Notes under the pieces: model-generated | The model's input: the letters and a program-made list of their open reading frames with translations, nothing else | The model's database searches: none | What the model was told of the DNA's origin: nothing | Source: Candidatus Latescibacterota bacterium | GTDB lineage: Bacteria > Latescibacterota > UBA2968 > GCA-2709665 | Assembly: GCA_965208835.1 (NCBI GenBank) | Contig: OZ242358.1 | Span: 4,160,001-4,224,000, forward strand | Direction: 5' to 3' | Length of the DNA: 64,000 nt | Made by a program: the position numbers and the translations under genes | Shown: one piece after another, positions 39,404 through 48,960 of the stretch | How positions within the stretch are numbered: position 1 is the stretch's first letter | How the letters are laid out: each line of letters begins with the position of its first letter

Positions 39404-40360
39404 TTACCCTTCGTGGTGCCAGCAGTAGACGGCGTGGTCGTCCGATATCCGGGTCATTCCCGGGTGCTCCTCACGGCACACGTCCGTCGCGTGCGGGCAG
39501 CGCGGATGGAAGCGGCAACCGGAAGGCGGTCGGGTCATGTCAGGCGGTTGCCCGGGGATGGTGTCCAGACGCCCCCGGACCATCTTCGCGTTTTCCAGCA
39601 GCCCGATGGAGTACGGGTGCCTTGGGGAATTCAGGAATTCACGGGTGGGCGCGATCTCGGCAACCCTGCCGGCGTACATCACGACGATTCTGTCGCTGAA
39701 CTCCACGGCCAGACCGAAATCGTGCGTAATCAGCACGGTGGACATGCCGTACGACGCCTTCATCCTGTTCAACAGATCCATGATTTGAGCCTGCGTGGTG
39801 ACGTCCAGCGCCGTGGTGGGTTCGTCGGCAATCATCAGCTTCGGCTCGCAGCTCAACGCCATTGCGATCATCACGCGCTGCTTCATCCCACCCGACAGTT
39901 CGAACGGGTAGTTCCGGTAACGCGACGCCGGCGCGGGAATGCCCACCTCATCCAGCAGCGACACCGCGCGCTCGAAGGATCGCTTCCGGTCGGCGCGACC
40001 GTGCCACAATAAGGGTTCCGCGATCTGCGGGCCGCTGCGCATCGTCGGGTTCAGGGAAGTCTGGGGGTTCTGAAAGATGAACCCGATGTCGCTGCCGCGG
40101 ATTTCCTGAAGCGCCCTTTCATCCAGTTCGAGCAGATTTCGTCCCCCGAAGTCCACCTCGCCGGCTTCGATCTTTCCGCTTCCGCCAATCAGTCTCACAA
40201 CGGACAGCATGCTCACGCTCTTGCCGCTGCCGCTTTCCCCGACGATCCCCACGCTCTCCCTTTCCCCAACCTCGTACGAAATCCCGTCCACCGCTCTCAC
40301 CACGCCGTCGCGGCGGTAGAAGTACGTCTTCAGATTACGGATCTCGAGTAGAGCGGACAC
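39404..40360 (-). CDS. oppD: Oligopeptide/dipeptide ABC transporter ATP-binding subunit (OppD/DppD type)
   Basis: GESGSGKS, LSGGMKQR, ADEPTTALDVT, CRFHPRC. Confidence 0.93.
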   Translation of the reverse strand: MSALLEIRNLKTYFYRRDGVVRAVDGISYEVGERESVGIVGESGSGKSVSMLSVVRLIGGSGKIEAGEVDFGGRNLLELDERALQEIRGSDIGFIFQNPQTSLNPTMRSGPQIAEPLLWHGRADRKRSFERAVSLLDEVGIPAPASRYRNYPFELSGGMKQRVMIAMALSCEPKLMIADEPTTALDVTTQAQIMDLLNRMKASYGMSTVLITHDFGLAVEFSDRIVVMYAGRVAEIAPTREFLNSPRHPYSIGLLENAKMVRGRLDTIPGQPPDMTRPPSGCRFHPRCPHATDVCREEHPGMTRISDDHAVYCWHHEG

Positions 40361-40387
40361 GAACCTGCCTCGCACAGAGGGAAGGAC

Positions 40388-41287
40388 TTACTCTTTGGGA
40401 TTGAACGCGTCGTTCAGCCCGTCGCCCAGATACGTAAATGACAGCAGCGCGAGCGCGAACGTGGCGGCCGGCCACGTGAGCTGATAGGGAAAGGCCCTGA
40501 AATTCAGGCTCCCCACCTGGATCAGTACCCCCCAGCTCGGCCGGGGAGGCATCACCCCCAGGCCGAGCAGGCTCAGCGCCGACTCCGTCATCATCAGGCC
40601 GGGGACCATGAAGGCGATCGCGACGATCAGCGGGCCGAATGAGTTCGGGAGCACGTAACGCCGGATCGCGTATCGGTGGGTTGCCCCGAGCGCCCGCGCC
40701 GACTCCACGTATTCGAGGTTCTTGATGGACAGGACCTGGGCGCGCATCAGCCGGGCGAACCCCACCCAGCCGGTGGCCGCGATGGCAATGAAAATAGTCA
40801 CGATGCCCCGGCCCAGGACGGACACCAGGATAATGCTGAACAGGAATCCGGGGAACGCGTACATCACATCGGTAAACCGCATCAGCACGTTGTCCACGAC
40901 ACCGCCCGCGTAGCCCGCGACCGCGCCGATGAGGCCGCCGATCGCCACCGAAATCACCGTGGCCCCGAATGCGACCGCCAGGGCGGTCTGAAGGCTGAAG
41001 ATCAGGCGGCTGAAAATGTCCCGCCCCACCTCGTCCGTCCCCGCGATGTGCCGCCAGGACGGCGGCTGGTACGCGTTGTCCAGGTCGATCTGGTTATACC
41101 CGTACGGCGCGATGGTGTCCGCCAGGGCTGCTGCCAGAACCATCGCGATCACAAACCCCAGGCTCAGCACCGCCAGACGGTTCGAGGCGAATCGCTGCCA
41201 GACGGCGCCCCAGTACGAAATCCGCGGCGGAGGCGACGACTCATCCGCATCGGACTGCAAACGCCCAGAGGGATTCAATGCAGCCAC
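40388..41287 (-). CDS. oppC: Oligopeptide ABC transporter permease (OppC type)
   Basis: GTDEVGRD, EYVESARALGA, ESALSLLGLG, GDGLNDAFNP. Confidence 0.92.
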   Translation of the reverse strand: MAALNPSGRLQSDADESSPPPRISYWGAVWQRFASNRLAVLSLGFVIAMVLAAALADTIAPYGYNQIDLDNAYQPPSWRHIAGTDEVGRDIFSRLIFSLQTALAVAFGATVISVAIGGLIGAVAGYAGGVVDNVLMRFTDVMYAFPGFLFSIILVSVLGRGIVTIFIAIAATGWVGFARLMRAQVLSIKNLEYVESARALGATHRYAIRRYVLPNSFGPLIVAIAFMVPGLMMTESALSLLGLGVMPPRPSWGVLIQVGSLNFRAFPYQLTWPAATFALALLSFTYLGDGLNDAFNPKE

Positions 41288-41309
41288 GGGTTATCTCCTT
41301 ATTAGAAGG

Positions 41310-42287
41310 TCATCCTCTGTCTTGCCTATAACTCGCCCGGATGCGCGGATCGATCAGCGCGTACCCGATATCCACCAGGAGGTTCATCAGCATGATCAGG
41401 AATCCGAAGAACAGGGTGGACGTGATGATCATGGGATAGTCGCGGGTTCCGGCGGCGGCCACGAACAGCTTGCCCAGGCCGGGGATATTGAAGATTTCCT
41501 CGATAAACGCCGTGCTCACCATGAGATTGGCGAACTGCGGTCCGGTGATGGTCAGCAGGGGGATCAGCGAATTCCGCAACGCATGGCGAAAAACCGCCTT
41601 GTTCCGGTTTCCCCCTTTCGAGAAGACCGTTCGCACGTAGTCTTCGCCCAGTTCTTTGATCAGGCTCACCCGGACGTACCTGGCGATGCCGGCAACGGGC
41701 TGGAAGACCATCGCCATGACCGGTAGCACCGCGTACTCCCACGTCCCCCAACCGGACGTGGGGAACAGCTGAAGCGACACGGCGAAGAAGACGATCACCA
41801 CCAGGGCGATGACGTACGACGGGATGCAGATGCCCAGCATGGAAACGAACATGGTCGCGCGGTCAATCCACGTATTCCGGTACAGTGCCGCCCCGATCCC
41901 CATGGGAATGCCGACCAGGAGGGCAAGGAGCATCGGCGAGAAGGCCAGGACGAACGTCCGCGGAAAGGCCCTGGTCATCATCTCCTGGATGGTCGTGTCC
42001 GGGTAGCGGAACGAGGGTCCGAAGTCCAGAACGGCCGCGTGCCTCAGATAGATCAGGATCTGCTCCCAGACGGGCGTATTCTCGCCGTAGCGTTCCTCCC
42101 AGAGCATGAGCGTCTGGCTCTTCTCCTCGAACTGGCTCAGCCGGCTGCCCGTTATCTGCTGGTTCATCAGCCGTTCGATATTGAAGAAGTCGCCCGGCGC
42201 GGCGTGCATCAGGTAGAACGTGATGATCAGAATCGCGATCAGGCTCACGAAGATCTGACCGACCCGGCGGAAGAAGAACATCACCAT
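41310..42287 (-). CDS. oppB: Oligopeptide ABC transporter permease (OppB type)
   Basis: DFGPSF, EDYVRTV..KG, HALRNSLIP, EEIFNIPGLG, DPRIR. Confidence 0.92.
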   Translation of the reverse strand: MVMFFFRRVGQIFVSLIAILIITFYLMHAAPGDFFNIERLMNQQITGSRLSQFEEKSQTLMLWEERYGENTPVWEQILIYLRHAAVLDFGPSFRYPDTTIQEMMTRAFPRTFVLAFSPMLLALLVGIPMGIGAALYRNTWIDRATMFVSMLGICIPSYVIALVVIVFFAVSLQLFPTSGWGTWEYAVLPVMAMVFQPVAGIARYVRVSLIKELGEDYVRTVFSKGGNRNKAVFRHALRNSLIPLLTITGPQFANLMVSTAFIEEIFNIPGLGKLFVAAAGTRDYPMIITSTLFFGFLIMLMNLLVDIGYALIDPRIRASYRQDRG

Positions 42288-42353
42288 AACGTCTCTCCAG
42301 TTCGGGATCGCGCCGTTACGCACCGATGACGTCTGTGCCTATTGTGGCTAATT

Positions 42354-44363
42354 TTACGGTTGTCTTTTTTTTAGCTGAGGCTGGTCGACGGCCGGACGCC
42401 GTGCTGCTGTCGTTCCGTTCTCGTCAATATCGATCCATTTCAGATACATGGGGTTGGCCCACCAGTAGGCACAGAATTTCAGCCCCTTCACGTATGGCTT
42501 GACGAGCGCCGTGGCATTGGCGACGTGGAGCGGGAAATCCCAGCTGAATTCCTGCACCAGGCGGTGTACTTCGCGGTTGATCTCCGCCCGGCGGGACGGG
42601 TCCCTCGCGTGGTGCGCTTCCTGGCGCATCTCCTCCAGCCGCCAGCGAAGGTCGCTGGTGTTCGACCACTGGAAATGGTATTGACGGGCCTGGAGAAGCG
42701 TGACTTTGAGCGCCTTCCAGCACCATTCCAGGTCCGCATCCGGTTCGCCCGCCGTCCGCAGGATCTCGTCCGCGGTCTGCTGCCAACCGCTCATCGCCTC
42801 CTCCGCCTGCCTGCGCAGGTGCGGACCGTGCCTGCCGTTTGCAAAGAGCGACATCACCGAGTCCGCGTATGCCCCGATCCGCCGGCGGACCGGCTTGAAA
42901 TCGGAGAGGTTCTCCCCGCCTTCGAGTCTGATCATGCCCGATCGGACCTGCAGGATTCGCCGCTGCCCCTCCCACCAGGCCCCGTAGACACCGGGATCGT
43001 CCGTCCACTGGACGTTTTCGATCCATATCGTGCCGTAGATGGGATTCGGCCACGGCGCTCCCGAGGCCGCAAAGCAGATTCCCGCATAATGCGATGGATT
43101 CAGGGAAACCCGTTTGTCGGCGTACACTCCCAGTTCCTGATTGTCGATCCTGAACCGGATGCCCAGGTTTTCTTCGAGCATGGCGGCGATCACCACAAAC
43201 TGCGACACCATCTCGGGAGCCAGGTACGACGGGATCAGAATCACCGACTCGGGAATGCCCTTCCCGCCCGGATATCCGGCTTCGGACAACAGGCGCCGGG
43301 CTTCTTCCACGTGGAATCTCATCCCGAACCCGGGATCCCAATCCGGCATCGCGGGCGTGGAGAGCATGTGCATCGGCGTCTCCCTCCCGAGAAAGATCGA
43401 CTCCACGATCCGGCGCTTGTCGAATCCGAGGGCAATCGCCCGTCGAACGCGGGCGTCCCAGTAGACCGGGTGCTTCGAGAACAGAAATTTAACGAAGGAG
43501 AGTCCGCTCGTGGGCGTCAGGACCAGTTCGTCGCTTAGTTCGGGATGGTGTCTGGCGTAGTAGATATCGGCGATCGACGGCAGCAGCGCAAAGTCGATCT
43601 CGCCGCTCTGGTAACCTTCCAGCGGTCTGCCCGCAAACCGGCTGTTTATCCGCTCCAGATTGCCCCGGGGCAGATTGTACTTCGGATTCTTCTCCAGGAT
43701 AATATGGGAATTGAGTTCCCACTCCACGATCCTGTACGGTCCGTTCCCCTGGTAGTTGGGCAGCTTGTGCCACGCGTCTCCATGCTTCTCCAGGGAGGCG
43801 CGGTGGATCGGAAACATGCTTCCCGTCACCATCGCGTTCATGAAAGCGGGATACGGCCTCGCGAGACGGAAGCGCAGCGTGAAGTCGTCCAGCACCTCCA
43901 CACCCACCTCGTCCTCCCGCGCCGCGCCGTTTCTGAAATCCATCGCCTTGACCACGTACTGCAGCGGCGTATCCCAGAGCCACTTGCTTTCGCGCCCGGG
44001 TTCCATCTGATAGATGAAGGCGGCCCTGTAGTCCCGCGCGGTTACCGTCGTGCCGTCGTACCAGCGGTTGTCCCGCCGCAGAAAAAACGTATACGTCAGC
44101 CTGTCTTCGGAGATTTCCCATCGTTCGGCCTGCCCCGGAATGAGCCCACCTTCCGGCCCGAGTTGAACCAGGCCCTCCTTCGTGCCCAGCGTGATCTGCG
44201 CGTACATCCCCCCCGTATACAGATAGCTGTTCAACGTGCTCACCGGCGGCCCGATGTACCGGATCTCCCGGGGCCGGCCGGCATGCGCCGGTACACAGGA
44301 AAGCGCCACCGCAATCACTGCGAAAATGACGCCCGTTCGCCAATCCGTGCTCCGGAGAATCAT
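42354..44363 (-). CDS. oppA: Peptide-family ABC transporter substrate-binding protein (OppA-like) with C-terminal helical insertion
   Basis: Signal peptide from ATG 44363 (ATGA overlap). PGQAERWEISED.LTYTFFLR, GNGPY, VRRAIAL, ARRLLSEAGY. Confidence 0.88.
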   Translation of the reverse strand: MILRSTDWRTGVIFAVIAVALSCVPAHAGRPREIRYIGPPVSTLNSYLYTGGMYAQITLGTKEGLVQLGPEGGLIPGQAERWEISEDRLTYTFFLRRDNRWYDGTTVTARDYRAAFIYQMEPGRESKWLWDTPLQYVVKAMDFRNGAAREDEVGVEVLDDFTLRFRLARPYPAFMNAMVTGSMFPIHRASLEKHGDAWHKLPNYQGNGPYRIVEWELNSHIILEKNPKYNLPRGNLERINSRFAGRPLEGYQSGEIDFALLPSIADIYYARHHPELSDELVLTPTSGLSFVKFLFSKHPVYWDARVRRAIALGFDKRRIVESIFLGRETPMHMLSTPAMPDWDPGFGMRFHVEEARRLLSEAGYPGGKGIPESVILIPSYLAPEMVSQFVVIAAMLEENLGIRFRIDNQELGVYADKRVSLNPSHYAGICFAASGAPWPNPIYGTIWIENVQWTDDPGVYGAWWEGQRRILQVRSGMIRLEGGENLSDFKPVRRRIGAYADSVMSLFANGRHGPHLRRQAEEAMSGWQQTADEILRTAGEPDADLEWCWKALKVTLLQARQYHFQWSNTSDLRWRLEEMRQEAHHARDPSRRAEINREVHRLVQEFSWDFPLHVANATALVKPYVKGLKFCAYWWANPMYLKWIDIDENGTTAARRPAVDQPQLKKRQP

Positions 44364-46081
44364 GGACCCGCTTCCCCTTCCTCTATGACAAGCTCCCGAT
44401 CGACCGAAATGCTCCCCAACCGGTCCACCGTGCCGCCCGGCCACCGGACCGTGACCGAATCGGCGGCTGCGTGCTTGCCGAGTCCGAAATGCAGACGGAA
44501 GTCGTTCTGCGACAGATAGCTCGATCCGCTGCGGACCTCGCGGCTCTGCCGGCCGCCGCCGGCCCAGACCGTCACGCGGGCGCCAATGCCGTTGCGGTTG
44601 GACACGCGTCCGGCGGCGCCTGGATGCTGCCGATCCCCGCGAGCTGCTCCCACCAGCTTTATCCTCAGCCAGCGGTTCCGGTTGCCCACCTCGTTTCTCA
44701 GGAGCCGCGCCGTACCGTTCACTGCCAGGATGAATACGTCCACGTCGCCGTCGTTGTCGTAGTCCCCGAAGGCGGCGCCCCGGCCGGGAACCGGTATGGA
44801 CAGATCGTCCTTCACTTCGCGCGTGACGTCGATGAAGCGGCCGTCGCCCCTGTTTCGCATCAGGATGCCGGGCTGGTGGTAGACACTCCCCACCCGGTCG
44901 GCGTTGTCCAGCACGTGGCCGTGCACCATCAGAAGATCGGCCCAGCCATCGTTGTCGTAGTCCAGAAATCCGGTTCCCCATCCCACGTGGGGAAACGTGG
45001 GGGTCCTGATCCCTGAAATCGACGAAATATCCGTAAACAGCGCCCCGCCCTCGTTGCGGAAGAGCCCGGCGCCCTGCAGCCTGAAGTTGGTGACTGCCAG
45101 GTCCAGGCGGCCGTCCCGGTTGAAGTCGCCGAAGTCCGCGCCCATGCTGGACTGAAGCTCGCCGGACCCGCTGTAGGCCACGCCCGACAGAAGTCCCTTC
45201 TCCACAAAACGCCCGTCGCCCTGGTTAAGAAAGAGAAAATTGGGCGTCATATCGTTGGCCACGAAGACGTCCACGAATCCATTCCCGTCGACGTCGGCGC
45301 ACGCCATCCCCATCCCCTTGCCGCCGGGATTGAAGACACCCGCCGGTTCCGTGACATCCTTAAACGTCCCGTCGCCGTTGTTGCGATACAGGCGGTCCGC
45401 CGCCCCCTTGAAATTGTCGGGATGCGGATAGAACCGACCTTCCTCCGAGAGACTTGCGGCACGGGAAACGTAGGGCCTCAGGCCTGTTTCCCGGGAGGCG
45501 GTCGAGTAGTCCACGTAGTTGGCCACGTAGAGGTCGAGGAATCCATCCGCGTCGTAGTCCAGGAAGGCGCACCCCACGCTCCACACGGCATCGCCGGCCA
45601 CGCCGGCCTCGGCCGCGACGTTTCTGAACGTCCCGTCGCCGTTGTTCCGGAATAGGCTGTTGGGCCCGTAGCACGTCACGTAGAGGTCATCGTGCCCGTC
45701 GTTGTCGACGTCACCCGCGCAGACGCCCATGCCGTAGGCCGTTTCGCCCACGCCCGCGAACCGCGTCACGTCCGAGAAGCGACCCCCGCCGGCGTTCCGG
45801 TAGAGCCGGTTTCTCGGGGGAGGTCCGGCATAGCCGGGCAGCGTCCCGCCGTTGACGGCGAATACGTCCAGCCGGCCGTCGCTGTTGTAGTCCAGGAACG
45901 CGACGCCCGCCCCCATCGTCTCCACGAAATACTTCTCCCCCGTCCCGCCGTGGACGTGCCGGAAGTCGATGCCCGAAGATGCCGTCACGTCCACGAAACG
46001 CGGCGTTTCCGCGTACAGCGCACCGGCATGAAGAATCAGAAGGAAGAAGGAAAAAGGAAGAAGGAAGGAAAACTTTCCCAT
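44360..46081 (-). CDS. CRTAC1-family protein (FG-GAP repeats plus ASPIC/UnbV domain)
   Basis: ETMGAGVAFLDYNSDG, repeated DxDNDG, RGAAFGDYDNDGDVD, SSYLSQND.RLHFGLG...WPGG. Confidence 0.92.
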   Translation of the reverse strand: MGKFSFLLPFSFFLLILHAGALYAETPRFVDVTASSGIDFRHVHGGTGEKYFVETMGAGVAFLDYNSDGRLDVFAVNGGTLPGYAGPPPRNRLYRNAGGGRFSDVTRFAGVGETAYGMGVCAGDVDNDGHDDLYVTCYGPNSLFRNNGDGTFRNVAAEAGVAGDAVWSVGCAFLDYDADGFLDLYVANYVDYSTASRETGLRPYVSRAASLSEEGRFYPHPDNFKGAADRLYRNNGDGTFKDVTEPAGVFNPGGKGMGMACADVDGNGFVDVFVANDMTPNFLFLNQGDGRFVEKGLLSGVAYSGSGELQSSMGADFGDFNRDGRLDLAVTNFRLQGAGLFRNEGGALFTDISSISGIRTPTFPHVGWGTGFLDYDNDGWADLLMVHGHVLDNADRVGSVYHQPGILMRNRGDGRFIDVTREVKDDLSIPVPGRGAAFGDYDNDGDVDVFILAVNGTARLLRNEVGNRNRWLRIKLVGAARGDRQHPGAAGRVSNRNGIGARVTVWAGGGRQSREVRSGSSYLSQNDFRLHFGLGKHAAADSVTVRWPGGTVDRLGSISVDRELVIEEGEAGP

Positions 46082-46147
46082 ATAACACGCTCGAAGCCGG
46101 ACTCTCGTTAACGGTTAAACAGAAATGGTTCACGAAAGAGCGCGCGA

Positions 46148-46284
46148 AAAAGCGGGGAGACGGTAGAGGTGAGACGGGAGAAGAAGCCCTTGCCGATTTG
46201 TTCCTCCGACTTGCCTGCGGCATGAGAAGAAACCCTTTGCGGCATACGATCTCTCCCCTCTCACGGCTTACGTCTTCCCGCTTT
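46148..46284. repeat. Dyad element with heptamer arms, copy C (76-bp core 46179-46254, most diverged)
   Basis: Core alignable to the family. Right arm ends on the TAA stop of the adjacent gene. Confidence 0.85.
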
Positions 46285-47551
46285 AAGGAAACTGCGGAAC
46301 CGTTACCCGTTCCCCTCGCGCGGCGGCAAGCTCGCCGCAGATCGCGGGAGCGCACGAACGCGCGGCCTGGACCGCGTCGATGAGCGGGCGGCGGTCGCGG
46401 ACGATGGCGTCGAAGAAGTCCAGCATCATATCGAATTCCGCCCCCTGGTGTCCGGGTCCGGATCCCGTTATCAGGGGCAGTTCCATCCATCCATCGCCCG
46501 ATTCCACGGTATTCAGAAACCGGTGGGGAAGGTGAACGTATCCGGAACCGACCTCGTTGCGCCGTTCGCCTTCGTAACATCCCAGCGTTCCGTAAAGCGC
46601 GAGATAGTTCAGGTGAGGGCGGCGGAATCCGTAGCTCTGCAGCGCTTTGACGATCACGCCGCTCTCGCTCTTCATCAGCGCCGCCGCGCTGTCGAAGCCG
46701 TCGCCGGTATTCGCGCCGAAACCCTCCTCCGGGCTGCCTTCGACGAAGCTCGTACCGCGCATCCCGAATGCTTCCACTTCCACAATCTGCTCGTCACCCA
46801 GCAGCCAGCGCGACGTGTCGAACGTGGTATGCACGGCCGCGTTCAGCGGCGGCTCGATGCCCCCTTCACACCCCCGGTCGGCCGGCATCCCCACCTCGCG
46901 CTCACGGTCCACCCAGTACCGCTTCCTCCGCCGGTAGTCGCAGTTGTACTCCGCCTCCACGTACTGCACCTTGCCAAACTCCCCCTCCACGCACAGCTTC
47001 TTCAGGGCTTCGTACCGGTTATACCACCGCAACTGGTTGCCCATCTGCACCTTGAGTCCGGTTGCCTCGCTCAGATCCACGATGGCCCTGCATTCCTCCA
47101 GGGTGACGGCAAGGGGCATTTCCACGAAGACGTGCTTGCCCGCCTGCAACGCCTGGATTGCATGCTCCCCGTGCCGGTCCGTGCCCGTCTCCACCACGAC
47201 CACGCGGACCTCGTCGTCCTTCAGCATGTCTTCGTACCGCCGGTACGATCTGGGGACGTCCAACTCGCCGGCGACGTATTCCGCCAGGTCCGGGACCTCG
47301 TCGCATACAGCCACGGTCCGACTCCGGTCCAGGAGGTTGCACAATCCCGCCATGAACCGGCCCCGTCCCAGGCCGACCACCCCCACGTTCAAGACACGGG
47401 CGCCCCGGTCGGGACCGGCAACCCGCATGGGCGGCCTCTCCTGGCGCGCCATCCATTCCAGGTATCGCTCCATCCTGGCCTGTCTCGCCTTTTCCGAATA
47501 CCAGTCTCGAGACAGGTACCTTTCAAGAATGTCGCGTCTGTTCGGGTCCAT
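46283..47551 (-). CDS. Gfo/Idh/MocA oxidoreductase (GH109-like) with ~50 aa N-terminal extension
   Basis: VGVVGLGRG, HVFVEMPLA, EAEY, GPGHQGAEF. Confidence 0.88.
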   Translation of the reverse strand: MDPNRRDILERYLSRDWYSEKARQARMERYLEWMARQERPPMRVAGPDRGARVLNVGVVGLGRGRFMAGLCNLLDRSRTVAVCDEVPDLAEYVAGELDVPRSYRRYEDMLKDDEVRVVVVETGTDRHGEHAIQALQAGKHVFVEMPLAVTLEECRAIVDLSEATGLKVQMGNQLRWYNRYEALKKLCVEGEFGKVQYVEAEYNCDYRRRKRYWVDREREVGMPADRGCEGGIEPPLNAAVHTTFDTSRWLLGDEQIVEVEAFGMRGTSFVEGSPEEGFGANTGDGFDSAAALMKSESGVIVKALQSYGFRRPHLNYLALYGTLGCYEGERRNEVGSGYVHLPHRFLNTVESGDGWMELPLITGSGPGHQGAEFDMMLDFFDAIVRDRRPLIDAVQAARSCAPAICGELAAARGERVTVPQFP

Positions 47552-47579
47552 AATTGACTCCGGTGGTCACACGAATTCA

Positions 47580-47777
47580 GTTGGGGCGACCGGCCGGTCG
47601 CCTGAATGCGGTGAGACGTTAGAAGGAAGACGGTAGATGAAATCCTTGCCAAATGAGATATCCCTCCTTGCCTCCGGCAGGAGAAGAAACCTGACAAGGC
47701 AGGCAATCTCTCCCGTCTCCCGGCTCACGTCTACCCGCTTTTGGCTTCTTCCTTCTTCCTTTTTCCTTCTTCCTTTT
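47580..47777. repeat. REP-like hairpin, 77-bp dyad element copy D (core 47635-47711) and CTTCCTT tract
   Basis: GGGGCGACCGGCCGGTCGCC palindrome, then arms and core, then a pyrimidine heptamer tract at 47745-47777. Confidence 0.9.
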
Positions 47778-48906
47778 ATTCGCTGTTCAGCAGCGTATGG
47801 ACCGCCCGTTTGAACACGTGGATCGCGCGTTTGGCGGCGCCGTGCGGACCCGCCGTGGCGACGTTGATCTCATAGAATACGCTGGGGATGCCAAGCCTCC
47901 GGGCCATCTGATAGCACATCGTATTCTCACGATGCACGTTGGCCTTGCCGTGCGTGGACAGGCCGTCGGTCTCCAGGCGCATCGTGTCGCATAGGGCCTG
48001 GTACAGCCGGGCGCGATCGGTATTCTCAAAGATGGGATCGACCACCTCGTACCATCCATCGTAAGGGTATTCTCCGTTTTCCCGCCAGCCCACGAACGCA
48101 TGGATATTCATCCACATCGCCGGCCGGACTTTCACGAGCCTTTCCCATAGCAAGCGGCTCTCGTGGGCTTCGGGCGCCTCCGCTTCCGGGTCGTCGCCGA
48201 AGGACCGGTACATGTCGAACCCCTCGGCGTTGAACGCGTTCCTGCCTGCAACGTTTCCATCGGGATTGACCGCCGGCAGGACCTCCACCTGTATCCGCTC
48301 CCGGAGAGCGACGGCATCCGGCACGAGAGACGTGATGTAATCCGCAATGCCCAGCATCCCCCACGTGCCCGAGAACTCGACCGCGTGCTGTCCGGCCACG
48401 CACAGAATCCGCGGCTTGCCGGGCGCGCCGGTCCGGATTCCGGTGATGTCCCGCCCCTGCACCGATTTGCCAATGGTAAATGCCTCGCAGCGGTCCCCGC
48501 GTTCATCCGCCAGCCTTCGGAGCGCGTCTTGCGTATCGCTGTAGCGCGCGGGCCATGCGTTCGTTACCCGAATCGTCTCGTTTGCCTTCAGATTCAGGCG
48601 GATCAACAGCGGTTCCTCCGTATTCCGGACCCGCTCGCGGTCGAGCGGCTTGAATCGACCGTCGCTCCGGGATGCGACCCACACCGTGGTCGGCAGGCTG
48701 ACCACGAATCCCTCCGGGCCGAATCGCGAGTCCGGCCACACTTCAACGGTTACCGTCGATGCAGGCCCGTCATTCCGGACGTCGAAGCAGAAGTAGTAAC
48801 AATAAGTCGGCTTGTCTCCAATGACCTCGAGCCGGAACCGGTCGATTGCGATCTGCCGGATATGCTTCGCGTTTCCGCATTCGAAATCAGCCGCGATTGA
48901 AATCAT
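47776..48906 (-). CDS. M14-family zinc carboxypeptidase/deacylase-like protein
   Basis: ADFECGN N-domain, IGKSVQGRDI, QHAVE (HxxE), VNPDG, NIH, FYE. Confidence 0.85.
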   Translation of the reverse strand: MISIAADFECGNAKHIRQIAIDRFRLEVIGDKPTYCYYFCFDVRNDGPASTVTVEVWPDSRFGPEGFVVSLPTTVWVASRSDGRFKPLDRERVRNTEEPLLIRLNLKANETIRVTNAWPARYSDTQDALRRLADERGDRCEAFTIGKSVQGRDITGIRTGAPGKPRILCVAGQHAVEFSGTWGMLGIADYITSLVPDAVALRERIQVEVLPAVNPDGNVAGRNAFNAEGFDMYRSFGDDPEAEAPEAHESRLLWERLVKVRPAMWMNIHAFVGWRENGEYPYDGWYEVVDPIFENTDRARLYQALCDTMRLETDGLSTHGKANVHRENTMCYQMARRLGIPSVFYEINVATAGPHGAAKRAIHVFKRAVHTLLNSE

Positions 48907-48960
48907 CCCAACTTTCCCCCGTAGGCACGTGGACGACGCGCGCTCGCGTGATGGATGGTA

